From contig OZ024750.1 of assembly GCA_964016885.1 (NCBI GenBank), forward strand, positions 3,720,001-3,784,000: a stretch of 64,000 bases of DNA. Reading direction: 5' to 3'. The notes beneath the pieces are model-generated. The model did no database searches, was not told where the DNA came from, and saw nothing but the letters and a program-made list of their open reading frames with translations. A program made the translations under genes and the position numbers. Of this stretch, positions 39,741 through 55,000 are shown piece by piece; the first letter of the stretch is position 1, and each line of letters starts with the position of its first letter. The DNA comes from Eledone cirrhosa. Lineage: Eukaryota.

Positions 39741-42700
39741 TATTGTGTGTATCTAGTTTAGAATATGAGGGCTGGCTAAAATGGTCATAGGCTGACCAAG
39801 AAACTCTCATGGAAGGACCAAATGAGGTTTATTTTTCAACATAGTCTCTGGAAAGAAACAATGCAGTCATTAATAAATGCATGCAAGATTTCACAGCTCT
39901 AGCATCTATTCTTCATAGTCAGCCTATGAACTTTTCAGCCGACCCTCATAGGTACATCATATTCCTGCATGTAGTAAGAAATGGCTAGAAGGGTTGGTGC
40001 CAGCGCATTCAATTGTCAAAACAAACTGTGATGTATATAAAAAGTGTGAGGAGGCCTACTAGCATAGGTTGAGTTGTGTGTTATGTTCTTGAGCACCAGA
40101 AATAGCTGGAGGTTTACCCCTGCAATGGACTGGCATCCGGTCCAGGGGAAGAGTCTTGTACTCTCAGTTGCTTCACGCCATGAAATTTTATATACAGTAT
40201 TTATTTTCATAAATTCTCTACTGGTTTCAATCATTAGACTGAGGTAAGCTGGGATATCACCTTGCAGTTTTTTTTTATCTTTTTTTGTCAATTGTATGAA
40301 TCCCAGTGCTTACTATATCAATCTCTATTTGTTGACTTGAATATAAACAAGCACTGTCAAATGTTAAGCAGTGTCAACATAGATACAAATTTACACTCGT
40401 TTTCTGTCAACTAAATTTCATCTGAAAGTCATTAATTATCTGAAGGCTGTGTGGTATGTAGCCAACACCATGTATGTGTGTAGGTATTTCATCATCATCA
40501 TCATCATCATCATCGTTTAACGTCCATCTTATACGCTAGCATGGGTTAGACAGGTTTGTCCCATTTAGAGGCGAGTTGGGTCAGGTGACTGTGTGTCGCT
40601 CATATAGGACTGTTTTATGTATAGTTATAAAACTATATTTGTTTTACCCTCATAGATATTGACTGAGAGTGTGTCAGGGGTGGGTGAAGTGTTATTGCTA
40701 TCCCATAGAAGTAGCCAGTCCTGTAGATAAGATCATTCATTGATAAAAATAATAATTTTTTTACTATGAAATACTAAAAAATATTCTTTCATAATTATCA
40801 CAGCACACAACATAGCTAAGATCATTTAACCCTTTAGTTACCAACCCAGCCAAAACCAGTTCTGATTCTATGAAATAAAACCACCCATTTTATAGGTTTC
40901 CAATTTAAATTAAAATCTTTCAATATAATTTTATATAAGAACCTTACATTAAGTTACTATCTTAGTAATGAAATAATTAATAATTTTAGTAAATCCCTTG
41001 AGATTCTTCATTAATTAATTAAAGTGTATTTCATTAGAAATGTGGTCATAAAAGGGTTATGTAAAGCGAAAGTCACAGTACACAACATAGGATTGTTTAA
41101 CAAGATTGTTTAACGAGGAAATAAAAATTAGATTAGTGTGAGATCATAATTAATATTTATAACCCTAACCTTAATATACTTAATGCATATTATCTTATTT
41201 TATGTATTTTATAAAGCTTACTTAATCTTGCTGCAAAATATTGTGGGTTTATAATCTCAAGTATTTTTGGTAATCCATAAAATGATAACTCTGCAACCAG
41301 TTTCAAGATGTAATTGGTTGGCTCTGTGTAACTGTTGTATAGCTTATCAAAAATAGATTAGTACTATGAATAAACAACCTGTATTGTACAGTTGCAGGTG
41401 AAGGGATAATAGATTTTTAACAAGATAAAATTATATTGGATTACCTTAATGCTGGTATGAGTGGCTGGTTACAGCTGGTTTGAATAGAAAGAGGTGAGAG
41501 AATTCTGGCTGGATATGGTCAGTTTAAATGCAATTTACAGAGTGTACTGGGTGTATTTTATTAATTGTTATCAGTCTGAACAAAATTTAGGTTGGTTTGT
41601 ATTTTTGATATCATTTTTTGTTTGTTTATATTTCTTCACTTACAGATGTGGAAGCGTCTTTCGCAAATGCAACGCAGTGTCATTGTGTTGGTGCTGCTGT
41701 TGGGTGTCCTCTCGGCATTGTATATAATTCCTGTTATCCAGCTAGAGAGGACCAAAAACAAAGAAATGACTGAACTGCTCAAGAAGAAGGAATCATTTTT
41801 CCAGTCTCAAAGCAAGTTGCTGCGTTCCAAACTGCTCAATGAATTAGAACAACAAAACAAAGCAAAACAACAGATAAATGAAATACAGGTAAGTAATATA
41901 CCTTATTCCTCCTTCCTCTCCTCTCTTGCTCCTTCCCTCTCACTCTCCTTTCCACCCTCTCTCACTCCTTCCCTCTATACGGTGGCAACAAGGTGGACGT
42001 GTGATCTCCAATATATCTCTCAATATCAGAGCTGTGATCTCTCAATATCAGAGCTGTGATCTCTCAATATCAGAGCTGTGATCTCTCAATATCAGAGCTG
42101 TGATCTCTCAATATCAGAGCTGTGATCTCTCAATATCAGAGCTGTGATCTCTCAATATCAGAGCTGTGATCTCTCAATATCAGAGCTGTGATCTCTCAAT
42201 ATCAAAGCTGTGATCTCTAATATCAGAGCTTTGATCTCTAATATCAAAGCTGTGATCTCTAATATCAGAGCTGTGATATCTAATATCAAATCTGTGATCT
42301 CTCAATTTCGGGAAGATCTCTGATCTACACTTTCTATCTATCAAATAACATTACTCCAATGACCCTTGTATTCACATTAGTTATAAAAAAAATATGACAT
42401 CCACTAGCAGAAGAACTTGAATCAAGCCAATGGTGATTCATACTAGATACTGAGATGAAAGAATGTCATATCTACAGTCAGGAGCAAAAGATTTCATTAA
42501 GTGGAAGATCCAGTAACACCAGATACACGTATCAATACACAATTGAAACTTAGTTTCTACTCTAGATACAACGAAATAATCAATAAACATTTCATGAGTT
42601 TGCAAAGTTGATCTCAAACTCCTCCTTTTGTAGCAGATAACTCTTGTAAAGAAGTCTAGGGCATTAATCAGTTATTGATTATATCTGAAACTATGAAAAG

Positions 42701-45700
42701 TCAAGTGGTTAACCTCATTGATTGTATTTACATGAAGTAAAGGAAAGGTTACATAAAACTGTAAAATAACATTTTGAATTAAATATATATATTCTAGCAT
42801 GGAAAATGGATATTAAACGATGATGATGATGATGATTTAATTCATGTGTATATATACATGCACACACACACATTTATATTTGGAAATTAGTTGTGCCATT
42901 CAGCAAACCAAAAGGGCCACATGCAACTCACAGGCCTCAGTTGGCCCATGACTGAAGTAGAGACTCCCTTGTTAGTTATAATATTTGACTGATGAGGGAT
43001 ATGCTGTTGGGTTATTAGCATCCCCCTTCAAGGTGCAAAGTCTTGAGGGCTCTCTCGAGAGAGAGCTGGTCCTATCTGTCAAGAAGCTGGGCTCCGACTG
43101 TGGGTTCAGCCCATATGAAATAAGTATGCAATGAAAAGGGTGTGTGTTTATGTTTAATCTACTCCCAGGAGGATTATCAGCATCTATAACTATTGCAGAC
43201 TGGTGAAGGCTGGTCCCATCTGTTGAGAAGATCGGCTCCTACTGTGGAATCAACCCGTATGAAATAACTATTGAAATCAGCTAAATAGCCTTTTACAGGA
43301 TGTTGTCTAAAATTTGTGTATAGTATATAGTACGAATAATAATTTAATATAGGTCATTATAGTAACCACACTATCTTATACATGTGTGTGTCTGAATAAT
43401 AATTTAATATAGGTCATTATAGTAACCACACTATCTTATACATGTGTGTGTCTGAATAATAATTTAATATAGGTCATTATAGTAACCACACTATCTTATA
43501 CATGTGTGTGTCTGAATAATAATTTAATATAGGTCATTATAGTAACCACACTATCTTATACATGTGTGTGTCTGAATAATAATTTAATATAGGTCATTAT
43601 AGTAACCACACTATCTTATACATGTGTGTGTCTGAATAATAATTTAATATAGGTCATTATAGTAACCACACTATCTTATACATGTGTGTGTCTGAATAAT
43701 AATTTAATATAGGTCATTATAGTAACCACACTATCTTATACATGTGTGTGTCTGAATAATAATTTAATATAGGTCATTATAGTAACCACACTATCTTATA
43801 CATGTGTGTGTCTGAATAATAATTTAATATAGGTCATTATAGTAACCACACTATCTTATACATGTGTGTGTCTGAATAATAATTTAATATAGGTCATTAT
43901 AGTAACCACACTATCTTATACATGTGTGTGTCTGAATAATAATTTAATATAGGTCATTATAGTAACCACACTATCTTATACATGTGTGTGTCTGAATAAT
44001 AATTTAATATAGGTCATTATAGTAACCACACTATCTTATACATGTGTGTGTCTGAATAATAATTTAATATAGGTCATTATAGTAACCACACTATCTTATA
44101 CATGTGTGTGTCTGAATAATAATTTAATATAGGTCATTATAGTAACCACACTATCTTATACATGTGTGTGTCTGAATAATAATTTAATATAGGTCATTAT
44201 AGTAACCACACTATCTTATACATGTGTGTGTCTGAATAATAATTTAATATAGGTCATTATAGTAACCACACTATCTTATACATGTGTGTGTCTGAATAAT
44301 AATTTAATATAGGTCATTATAGTAACCACACTATCTTATACATGTGTGTGTCTGAATAATAATTTAATATAGGTCATTATAGTAACCACACTATCTTATA
44401 CATGTGTGTGTCTGAATAATAATTTAATATAGGTCATTATAGTAACCACACTATCTTATACATGTGTGTGTCTGAATAATAATTTAATATAGGTCATTAT
44501 AGTAACCACACTATCTTATACATGTGTGTGTCTGAATAATAATCTAATATAGGTCATTATAGTAACCACACTATCTTATACATGTGTGTGTCTGAATAAT
44601 AATCTAATATAGGTGACACTTGTGATTTGTAGAGTCAGTAACTGTTCATGGCTGAGCTGTTTTCTAGACTTTGAGAAGTACATGTGTAATGATGTCGACT
44701 TGTGGAAACTATGAATAATTGTTTCTACTTTTGGCACAAGGCTAGCAATTACCCCAGTGCATTACTGGTACTTTACTTTATCGACCTCGTAAGGATGAAA
44801 GGTAAAGTTAACCTCGGCGGATTTGAGCTCAGAACGCAAAGGGCCATAACTATACTGCAAAGCATGGTGTCCGACGCTCTACCGATACTGCCAAACCTAT
44901 GAATAATGATCATCAGACATTATGAAGCCTAATATTTATTACAACATTAGTTGAGGTTGGGCGGAGCAGACATGTACAAGGTGTAGTCTACTTCCTTGTT
45001 AAATGTAAGGATTCTATGTTGGTGTAATTCAATAACATTAAATTCTCATGGCCACATTGGAGGATGTTTCAAGGTCTTTTTTTCCCCCTAGGATTAATGG
45101 GGAAATCATCATCATCATCATCGTCATCATCATCATTATCATCATCGTTATCATCGTCATTATTTTTATGTCCGTTTTTCCACACTTATATGGGTTGAAT
45201 ACAGATGATGCCTTTTGCTGCAGATTAAGCAGGGTTGAAGAATGGTATGATCTGTGGGGAAGTGTTTTTGATTAGAAATAAATCAGTAAGCAGATCATTG
45301 ATCACCATCATCATCATTATCATTGCCATTTTCACGTCTCCACTCTTCAATGTTTGTATGGGTTGGACAGGTCTTCTTCGAAACAGTGTCTCACCACTTG
45401 TGCTCTTTTTATTTTTCATCTCCTTTGTGTAGGTTCAGCACTCCGAGATCAGCTTTCACCACTTCTGCCTCTGACTTCTTTGGTTTTCCTCTTCAATAAC
45501 TTCTTTCTACTAGGAACTCCTGGCACATCTTTACCCAACTGTCGTCATCCTTGCTTTTATTAGCAATCTTCTTTCTTTTATACAACGTCCAACCCCTCTT
45601 GTACTTGGCTTTTCTCTTGGTTCACTTGTGATTTATAGAAAAGAAAAAAGTGTCAGTATTGTGTGTATTTTGGAATAATTTGTATAATGGAGAGTTATTG

Positions 45701-48700
45701 TAAAGAATAAAATTTCTGTTTCTACAGAGAGCTCAGCAACAGATGCCTATTCAAAGAGGAGGGGAACAGATTGTGTTACAACCACCTGAAGTACCTCTTA
45801 AGGTAGCGGTTAGCATTATTTTTCTATTATGTTGTTATACCTCATGTATTTTGTCTTTTGTCATTATTTAAGATTCTCAGTGAGATCCTTTCTCTTCTCT
45901 TTTTTTCTAATATTATTTCTGTTTGTTTTTATTTTGTAGCTTGACAATCTCCAAGAAAGACAAATCCATAGGCCAGCTGAAGGGAAACACGTTCCTGAAA
46001 TACCATTTATACGTATGTTGTTACAAATACCTTTCACATAAAGCTCACTTATTCTCCTGGACTTAGTTTAACCTTCTGGACGCTACAGGTACATTATGTT
46101 GTTGATAGAGTAATCTCCCCTTAATAACTAATGCAGTGTCAAGGGAAGCTATTTGTAAAAAATTCTAGCGCGCTGAAGGTTAAAGCTGCTAGTACTGACT
46201 GTGACTGTGAAGTACCAGTTGGAAACAAGGCAAACGTTTATACCATTCACTATTTGATAAACCTTTTTATTTCTATTATAAAGTTTCTTCTATATTTTTT
46301 TTAAAAGTATTTTCAGGGTGTATAATTTGAGCCTTAAATATAGGTATTATACATTCTTTTTTTAATATGTTCAGGGTGTATAACTTGAGATTTGAGTATA
46401 GGTATTATACACTCTTTTTTTTATAGTATGTTCAGGGTGTATAACTTGAGATTTAAGTATAGGTATTAAACATGTTCTTTCCCTTTATAAGGAACAAAAT
46501 GCTTGAACTTTTGAACTTTCCTGATAGGGTTGTTGCTGAAGAAAAGTATTGGAAGTGTGTGGCTTAGTTGTAAGGGTGTTGTTTGACTAACAAACATAAC
46601 ATCGTGGGTTCAATTCCTGTATTTAGTTATGGATCATGGACTCTCTGGTAGCATTAATGTCCTGAATACTTAAGTCCACTATATATTTCTATTTCTTAAC
46701 CTCATCTCCTGATTTGGTGTCATCTTTGTCATCATTCCACTCATTTTCTAACCAATTATCTTCACTGTGATGAGAACATCTAGTGGAGAATAATACATCT
46801 CTAATTCCTTTTAAGTCCTTTTCTTTAATATTCATTCCTACATCAAACAGATTCCTTATTTCTTCTGTGCTGTCAAACTTCTTTGATGGAAACATTAGTT
46901 TAACTCTCATATTCTTTATCATTTCTCTAGTTTTCTTATTTTTCTTTTTCTTGTTTCATACTCTCTGACCCCTTTGTACCATTGTACCATTCCTTGAGAA
47001 GATCAGGTTTGTGAGCTGGTAATATGGAATTTCATTGATTTCTGAAAATTATTATAGCCAGTGCTTGTCATGTTTGTTTTGTTTTCTTTTTCTTGCATGT
47101 GTGGTATCAATAATCATGTCCCTTTTTCATTGCCAAAGTTATTCATTAATCAATCAGAGATATCTTTCACTGCATGAGTCTATTTTGAGCACAGGAAAAA
47201 CAGTGGAAGTAGGTGGCCTAGTGGTAAGGGTGTTGGCCTTACGATCATAATTTTCTGGGTTTGATTCCCCGACTGGATAGTGTGTTGTGTTCTTGAGCAA
47301 AATTTTCATTTCATGTTGGTGAAAATAAGTACCAGCAATGTCCAGGGAGTGTCTTATTCTGACTGCTAATTTGTTAGTATCAAACATTGTATATTATCGT
47401 CAGCAGAATCAGCACCATTATACAGGGTGTATCAAAATGAATCATGCGGTAACTATACAATACATGTCTGAATATAAAGTTATGTTTACAATTTTTACAA
47501 ATGCTCAATCTGCCCTCCTCTGGACACACGACATACCTTTATTGTACAAGACACGAATTGTACAGGTTACCACATGAATATATAGTCATTTGTTTAAAGA
47601 ATATAACCTTTTGAGATCAGATGATTCTTTTTGATAAACCCTGTATAATTGAAAACTATTGTAAAAATCTGAATCATAGCATATTCTTTACATATCTGAG
47701 TTCACATCCTGTCGAGGTTAGCTTTGCTGTTCATCCTTACAGGCTCGATAAAATAAAGTACCAGTAACACACCGGGGTCGATTTAATCGCCTTTTCTTTC
47801 CCCTGCAAATTGTTGGTCCTGTTTTAAATCAGGAATCATATTATACCATCTCTTTCAAGAGTATGTCCTTAAATATGTATTTTAAAAATCTGTGTGCAAT
47901 AAACTTGCATGATTCTACATTATCTGACAATGTAATTGTATACTTTTTACCTATACTACTCTGCATTTCTCTTTCTTCAAAATTGTCAGCAAGTATTGCT
48001 GTCTAAGATTATTTTTCTGATATATGTTGATAAAATGACAGGGGAGGAGAAAACTGTGATGTGTTCCTGATCTGAAACTTAGAATCAGCTCAGAGTTTGG
48101 ATTAGTAAAAATAATAACAAAATCCCATATGCAAATAGTTACAGTTGTCTCTTCACCTGTAATGTTATTTATTGCTTTCCATTAATCTGTACTTTTTTTT
48201 ATATAAAGCCTTGCCTGAAAACTTCAAATAGTTTCACTTCTTTTGTTGATCTGACCTGGTATCTTGTCTGCTAAAGGAAGCATATATCAGTTTACTCTTT
48301 TGCATCCAAATAATCTTTGCTCATCTTCTTAATTCTTAAGCCTGTCATTCTTCTTACTGAGTCCATATCGTATTCCACTAAAACTTTGTTCAGTCAAACA
48401 CATTTCTCTGCTGCATCTTCTTCACTAAATACTGCTGCAGGATCATGAGAAGTGCATGGTTCTTGCATTAGAAGGCATCTCTAGTGGAGTAGCAGACTAC
48501 TGCGTCATACAAACAGTACTGGGGTCTGACTACTTACACACGAATAAGTCTTTTTGAGCTTGCAAGGGACTCACTTTTATTTTTGTCTTCTGTATGTAGG
48601 TCTTGAAGTTGAGACAGAAATCAAAGATGACTCTACTGGGATTTTTTGAATGTATATTAAAAAGAGTGATTGATAGGGACAATGTCTTGCATCACTTCAT

Positions 48701-49067
48701 TTGGGCGACCGTGGATTTTGGTACTCTTATATTGGTTTCAGTTGGTCGACTGAGACTCTGCTGTCGAGAATTTTAATTGGTGTCGATCCCATAATTTATT
48801 TTTAGATCTCTTTATATCAAATGGGTGAATTATTTCCTTTTAGCATAAAGTAACACAATTCAACACAGCCGTGTGTGTGTGTGTGTGTACATATATTTAT
48901 ATATATATATGTGTGTGTGTGTGTGTATATATATATATGTGTGTATATATATATATATATCATCATCATCATCACCGTTTTACATCCGTTCTTCCATGCT
49001 AGCATGGGTTATATATATATATATTTATATATATATATATATATTTATGTATATATGTGTGTGTGTG

Positions 49068-49098
<31 letters not shown>

Positions 49099-52000
49099 AT
49101 ATTTATATGTATATATGTATATATGTATGTGTGCGTATATATATCAGATTGGAGGAGGTAAAAACCAGTTAGACCATTACTCACCAGAGTACTTGATACT
49201 TGGGTTTGGATCGAAACGGTCGGAGCTCAGGCGTTGGGGACCTGAATTTTTTTCATATATATATACATATATATAAAATCTCTCTCCCCCCCCCCCCCCC
49301 CAAAAAACAATTGTTGGCCTTGTGCCTAAATCAGAAGCCATTATTCTGACAATTCATTTTGTTGCATTCTCATTATTTGTTTATTCTGTGATTTCCAGTT
49401 CCTAAATCTAAGTCCAAAAGGCAGTTGTTTGTGATTAATGCCTTCAAACATGCCTGGAAAGCTTATCAAGAATATGCTTGGGGTCACGACGAATTGAGGC
49501 CAGTTGCAAAAGCATACCATGACTGGTTTGGAGTTGGACTGACCATGGTTGATGCGTTAGATACAATGTATATTATGGGTCTTAATGAAGGTAAGCTCTT
49601 CACAGTTTCATGTTTTCTTATTTTTTTTATAATCATTATATTTATATGATTATAATCATTGTATTTTAGTACATAGCCTTCTTCTTCTCCTCCTCCTCCT
49701 TGTTAAATTTTCTTACTTTCAATTATTCTCTTATATATATATATGCATGTGTATTTTTTGTTTGTATTCTTTCGTTTAGAATTCAGTGAAGCTCGCAACT
49801 GGGTAGAGAAACACATGCTGTTAGATATAAACCAGGATGTGAATTTATTTGAAATAACTATTCGTATTCTTGGAGGCTTACTAAGTGCCTATCACCTGTC
49901 TGGAGATGAAGTGTTCAAGCAGAAAGCTGTAAGAATTTATACTTTAATTCATGTTTTTAACTATCTGCATCATCACCATCATCATCACAATTATCATCAT
50001 CATCAGCAGCATCGCCATCATCATTTTATATTTATTTTCCGGGCTGGACAGTTCATCATGATTCAAAACAAAAAAATAGGTTGGATAACCTTGTTCATTT
50101 GTTTCATATTTTGGTATGATTTCTATGGCTTTCTTTTCTTCTTATTACCAACAACTTTACAGAGTGTACTGTGTGCATGTTATCATAGCATCACCACTAC
50201 AACTATATAGAGTGAACTAAGTAGATTTTATTATGGCACCAACACTAGAAAAGTTGTCATGTGCTCAATAAATCTGAAGAGTTTCTCTGTTCTACACTGG
50301 CTTCAACACTTGAGAAGTTGTCAAATTCTTGACAAGACCAAAAGGCCTTTCTACTCATTGACTCAGTTCATTGATCAACCATTTGACAGGGCCTGGCTAC
50401 CTACTGAGCACATTCTATTGTGACATCAACTTTAGAGGGGTTATCCCATCCACTGCAGGTTAAAAGGGATAATAATTTGGAGTGGGGGACTATGCAAAGC
50501 ATTTAAGAAATATAACATGGATTAACAACAAACATTTTAAGGCTATTTCCCCTGCTAAGCAGGGTTTAGCTTTACAAGTAGCCCTGAGACAAACCTCATA
50601 TTCATCATGGGATCCTCTGAAGCAATGTTTTACAGTTGGATGACTTTTCTGGCACCAACCCTTTTAGTTGCCTCTAATGACACACAGGGATATAATGTGT
50701 TTTAAACTGGATATACACAGCAAATAAAATGGATTAACATATAACAGAAATGGCATTTATAGTATGATTTCTCTACATACTTCCATAACCATTGTTTCCA
50801 GAACTCTCGCAGTCTCAACTGTAGCTGTTTGTTTTGTTCATTTTTTCCAGAAAGAACTTGGAGATCGATTAATGCCTTGCTTTGATTCCCCTTCTAAGAT
50901 CCCATACTCAGATGTTAATTTAAAGACAAAAAAAGCTCATCCTCCTCGCTGGGGCCCAGACAGCACTACCTCTGAAGTAACAACAATACAACTTGAATTT
51001 AGAGATCTAAGTCGAATTCTCAATGATCCAAAATATGAGGTTTGTATATTTTCTTTTTACATACATAACAAAATAATAAACATTTAAAAAAAAGAATTAC
51101 AAAGGAAGATTGTGCTTGTATAAACATAATATTTACAGTAACACTAACATGGTGGGATTTATAATAGAGGTGTATATGAAGGAATATACAATATATTTCT
51201 GTATAATAAATCTATATAAGTTTCACTATGACTGAAGCAGTGATCATGTCACAACTATCTCAGTTGCCGTGTGAGAATGCCAGACATTAATGTTTCAGGA
51301 TGCTTTATCCCTCATCAGTGATACTCAGTTGGTACTGAGGCTAGAATAAGCTATAGCTTATATACTTTTTTACATATATTCTTAATCGATAGACAAGTTC
51401 CCAGACCTCATTCACTTACTGAGTCGGATGGAAACTCGTCAAATGGAACCAAGGAAACAATGTTTCCATTGGTATTTCCATTGCTAATACTAGCTATACT
51501 ATAATAATTTTATTTTACATTAAAAAAAAACATTATATATAACAAAAAAAGAACATTACAAGAAATCCCATATTTACGAATGTACACTATACAATTACCA
51601 ATTCCCCAATCATAAGAATTTAAGCTTATTCCAATCCCTCCTTATTATTTGGGACCCAAGACTAACTATTATTTTTGTGTTTTCATACATAAACATAGCA
51701 ACAACAACAAAACAAAACAAACATTTAGATAATTCAATTTAATTCAATATTTATTTCAAATGTGTGCGGTATGACATGTAATTTGAGAAAAATTCACAAA
51801 TTCTGAATATATTATAATACAATACAATTACCACTAAATATACGGATATGCTATATATATATATATTCATTCAAATATTAACAAAAATAGAACTTCATTG
51901 TGATCAAGTATATTTTATTATACATATTTCAGAGGTACTGAGCTAACTTCAACAGTACGTCCTCATCAGATAAAATAAGATGATGCATGACATACACTGA

Positions 52001-55000
52001 CATAGTAGATGGTTAAGATCCAGTCATGGATATGTAGCGGTTGTCTCCCTTGTTTTGATTGGGATCTAGACGGGAAGTGGAACCCTTTCTGCAACTTCCG
52101 GTCAGAGCCCTATAAAACTAACAACTTTAAGCTTCCTTTCTCTCTTTGCCTTTTTGGCACCAGGTCAAGAGCCTCTCATTTGGCTCTGCCATTAATTTGG
52201 CCAACAGGCGCCTGGCCTTAGCCAGGCGTCCTCTGCCAGCCGCGTTTGCCTGGCAATCAAAACGGTAACTACTAACTTTGTTTCATTCTAACATCTATCT
52301 TTGACATGTCAAGTATACTATCTACCATTGTTAATTAAATATTATACACCAAACCATGTATTCCTTGTTACATTCATACAACCCAGTATCCTCGCTATAG
52401 ATATATATATATGATATGTGATTTTTAAATCACAGATAAAAACCTGATTGTTTATTTTAATTTTTCTCTCCCTAGATGGCAGCAAGTGAAGTCTCTAGCC
52501 ATATTCATCGGCAACCTAAAAAAGATGGTTTAGTACCAATATTTATCAATGCTCAAACTGGTATTTTTCGAAACACGGCTACAATCACACTTGGTGCACG
52601 AGGTGATAGTTACTATGAATATCTACTGAAACAATGGTTACAAACAGGAAAAACTAACAATACGTATGTTAACATATATCTTTATTCTACGAGGGTCGGC
52701 TGAAAGATTCATAGACTGACCAAGAAACTCTCATGGAATGACCAAATGAGGTTTATTTTTTAACATACTCCCTGGAAAGAAACAATGTAGTTATTAATAA
52801 GACAAGTTGAAATTAATGCATGCAAGATTTCACAGCTCTAACATAACTCCTTCATAGTCAGACTGTGAACTTTTTAGCCCACCCTTGTAAAATTCATTGC
52901 ATATGAAATCTGTTCTGTATGTAATCTTCATGGAGGAAATACTGTAATGGTTTAATGGTTTCTCTGGTTAAAAATGACAAGTTCCATGTAATAAATCCCT
53001 ACAATAGAGTTACATTTAAAATGACAGCCCAGTCCCTGGACCAATTTCACTTCCCATTTCTAGCCATTTCATTTAGTATTTGGTGAAGTATGAAGGGCAC
53101 TTATGTTGCTTACCACCATTCTTATTATCACTGTTTAATGTCTATTTTCCATGCTTGAATGGGTTAGACGGTTGTCGTGTACTAAGGTCTGACTGATTAA
53201 GTGACTAGATCCTGCTCATATGCTTAGTTTTGGTTTGGTTTTTACTGCCAGATGGATGCCCTTCCTAACACCAACCACTTTACAGAGTGTACTGGGAGCA
53301 TGGTTTCTATGGCTGGATATCCTTCCTAACACCAACCACTTTACAGAGTGTACTGGGAGCATGGTTTCTATGGCTGGATGTCTTTCCTAACACCAACCAC
53401 ATTACAGAGTGTACTGGGAGCATGGTTTCTATGGCTGGATATCCTTCCTAACACCAACCACTTTACAGAGTGTACTGGGAGCATGGTTTCTATGGCTGGA
53501 TGTCCTTCCTAACACCAACCACATTACAGAGTGTACTGGGAGCATGGTTTCTATGGCTGGATGTCCTTCCTAACACCAACCACTTTACAGAGTGTACTGG
53601 GAGCATGGTTTCTATGGCTGGATGTCCTTCCTAACACCAACCACTTTACAGTGTGTTCTGCTTATTGCAAAACAACCAGCCAGAGCGCCACATTTACTCT
53701 CTCTTATAAATCTGAGTTGAGGTTGATAAAAACAAGTACCAGTCTAGTACTGGGGTTGATTCTTCATTTATATCTCTTTGTCACTTCCACTCTCTCTCTC
53801 ACATTCTATCCTTCTCTGGAAGGAATCTGCTGTGTTCAGACCTGGAGAGGAATAGGCTCCACAAGGTTTATGCCACTATGGCACCCCTGTGACTCCACCA
53901 GGGATTACAGGACCATGCATAAATCTGGGATCTTTTGTCTATGTCAGGAATCAGTTACTATTGTTCTATAAATAATACCTTTATACTTAAATTAATGTCT
54001 GATGTTCAATTTATTTAATACAAATTACTGAAAATATATATATATATATATTTTTTTTCAAATTCTGTTTCTCAACAGTTTCAAGGATGATTACTTAGAA
54101 GCTGTTAAAGGAATGCAGCTTCACCTCTTGAAGATGTCAGAGCCTAGCAAACTAGTGTATTTGGGAGAATTGCTTGGTGGTCGACATTTCAGTCCAAAAA
54201 TGGTAAGCTGTTGTGTGCTGTATAATATTTTGTTTTTGCTTCATAAGATATTGATTTAGTTCAGTGATGTTACAAACATCTCAATCTGATGGAAATGGTT
54301 GATTCAGCAAGGTTAATAGTACAATTTCTTTTGGTTGATGTTCATGTATAATTCCCATGGAGTGACTGTTTTACTGCAGTGTTTGAGGGTCAGCTGAAAA
54401 GCCTTATTTTTACACAATTTCCTTATTTGATCTTTCTTATTTATTGTCATTGCTTCACACATCTGGCACTGTACAGTTGAAGAAACATTTATGTTTTTAT
54501 ATTTACTAAGACAGTTATTCCTTTGAACTCCTCCCATTTGCTTAATCACAGATATGGATCCATTAGTTAGTTCTCCTCAATATATTATCTAAACCTTAAA
54601 TCTATTTTTGGTAATATTCTTCAGAATCTCTTTAGACTGTTTCACTTTGTATGTATAGCGTATGGTCCTTTCTCTGATTCTGGTGAACTTTAAGGATTTT
54701 TTTTTACCCATTAATACTCTGGTCTTAGTTTCATCCATATCTAGGTTCTGAAATTTGAACACCTTCTTCTAGGTTTCAAACTTCCAAAGTTTCTATATTG
54801 ATTCATCATTAAGAATCATTCATCTGTATATAGACACTCCCATTGACAATTTATTGAGAGTTCTGTAATGGATAAACACCCAATCTCAATGTATTCTTTC
54901 AGCTCCTTATTCATATCAATTACTCATTTCCACATAATTTTGTCCTTCCCCACCAGATTACACACCTTGTCTTCCCTACATCAACAAATTTAAGGTAAAT

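Noticed and set aside
46689-46922. Minus-strand 77-aa ORF and similar decayed stretches at ~54300-55200 and 55910-56230
   Set aside because: They look like old LINE remnants with many stops; no family could be assigned with confidence.
49142-49260. Hammerhead-like 3' half (gatcGAAACggtc) in a TA-flanked insert
   Set aside because: No CUGANGA core or convincing stem II; at most a decayed relic.
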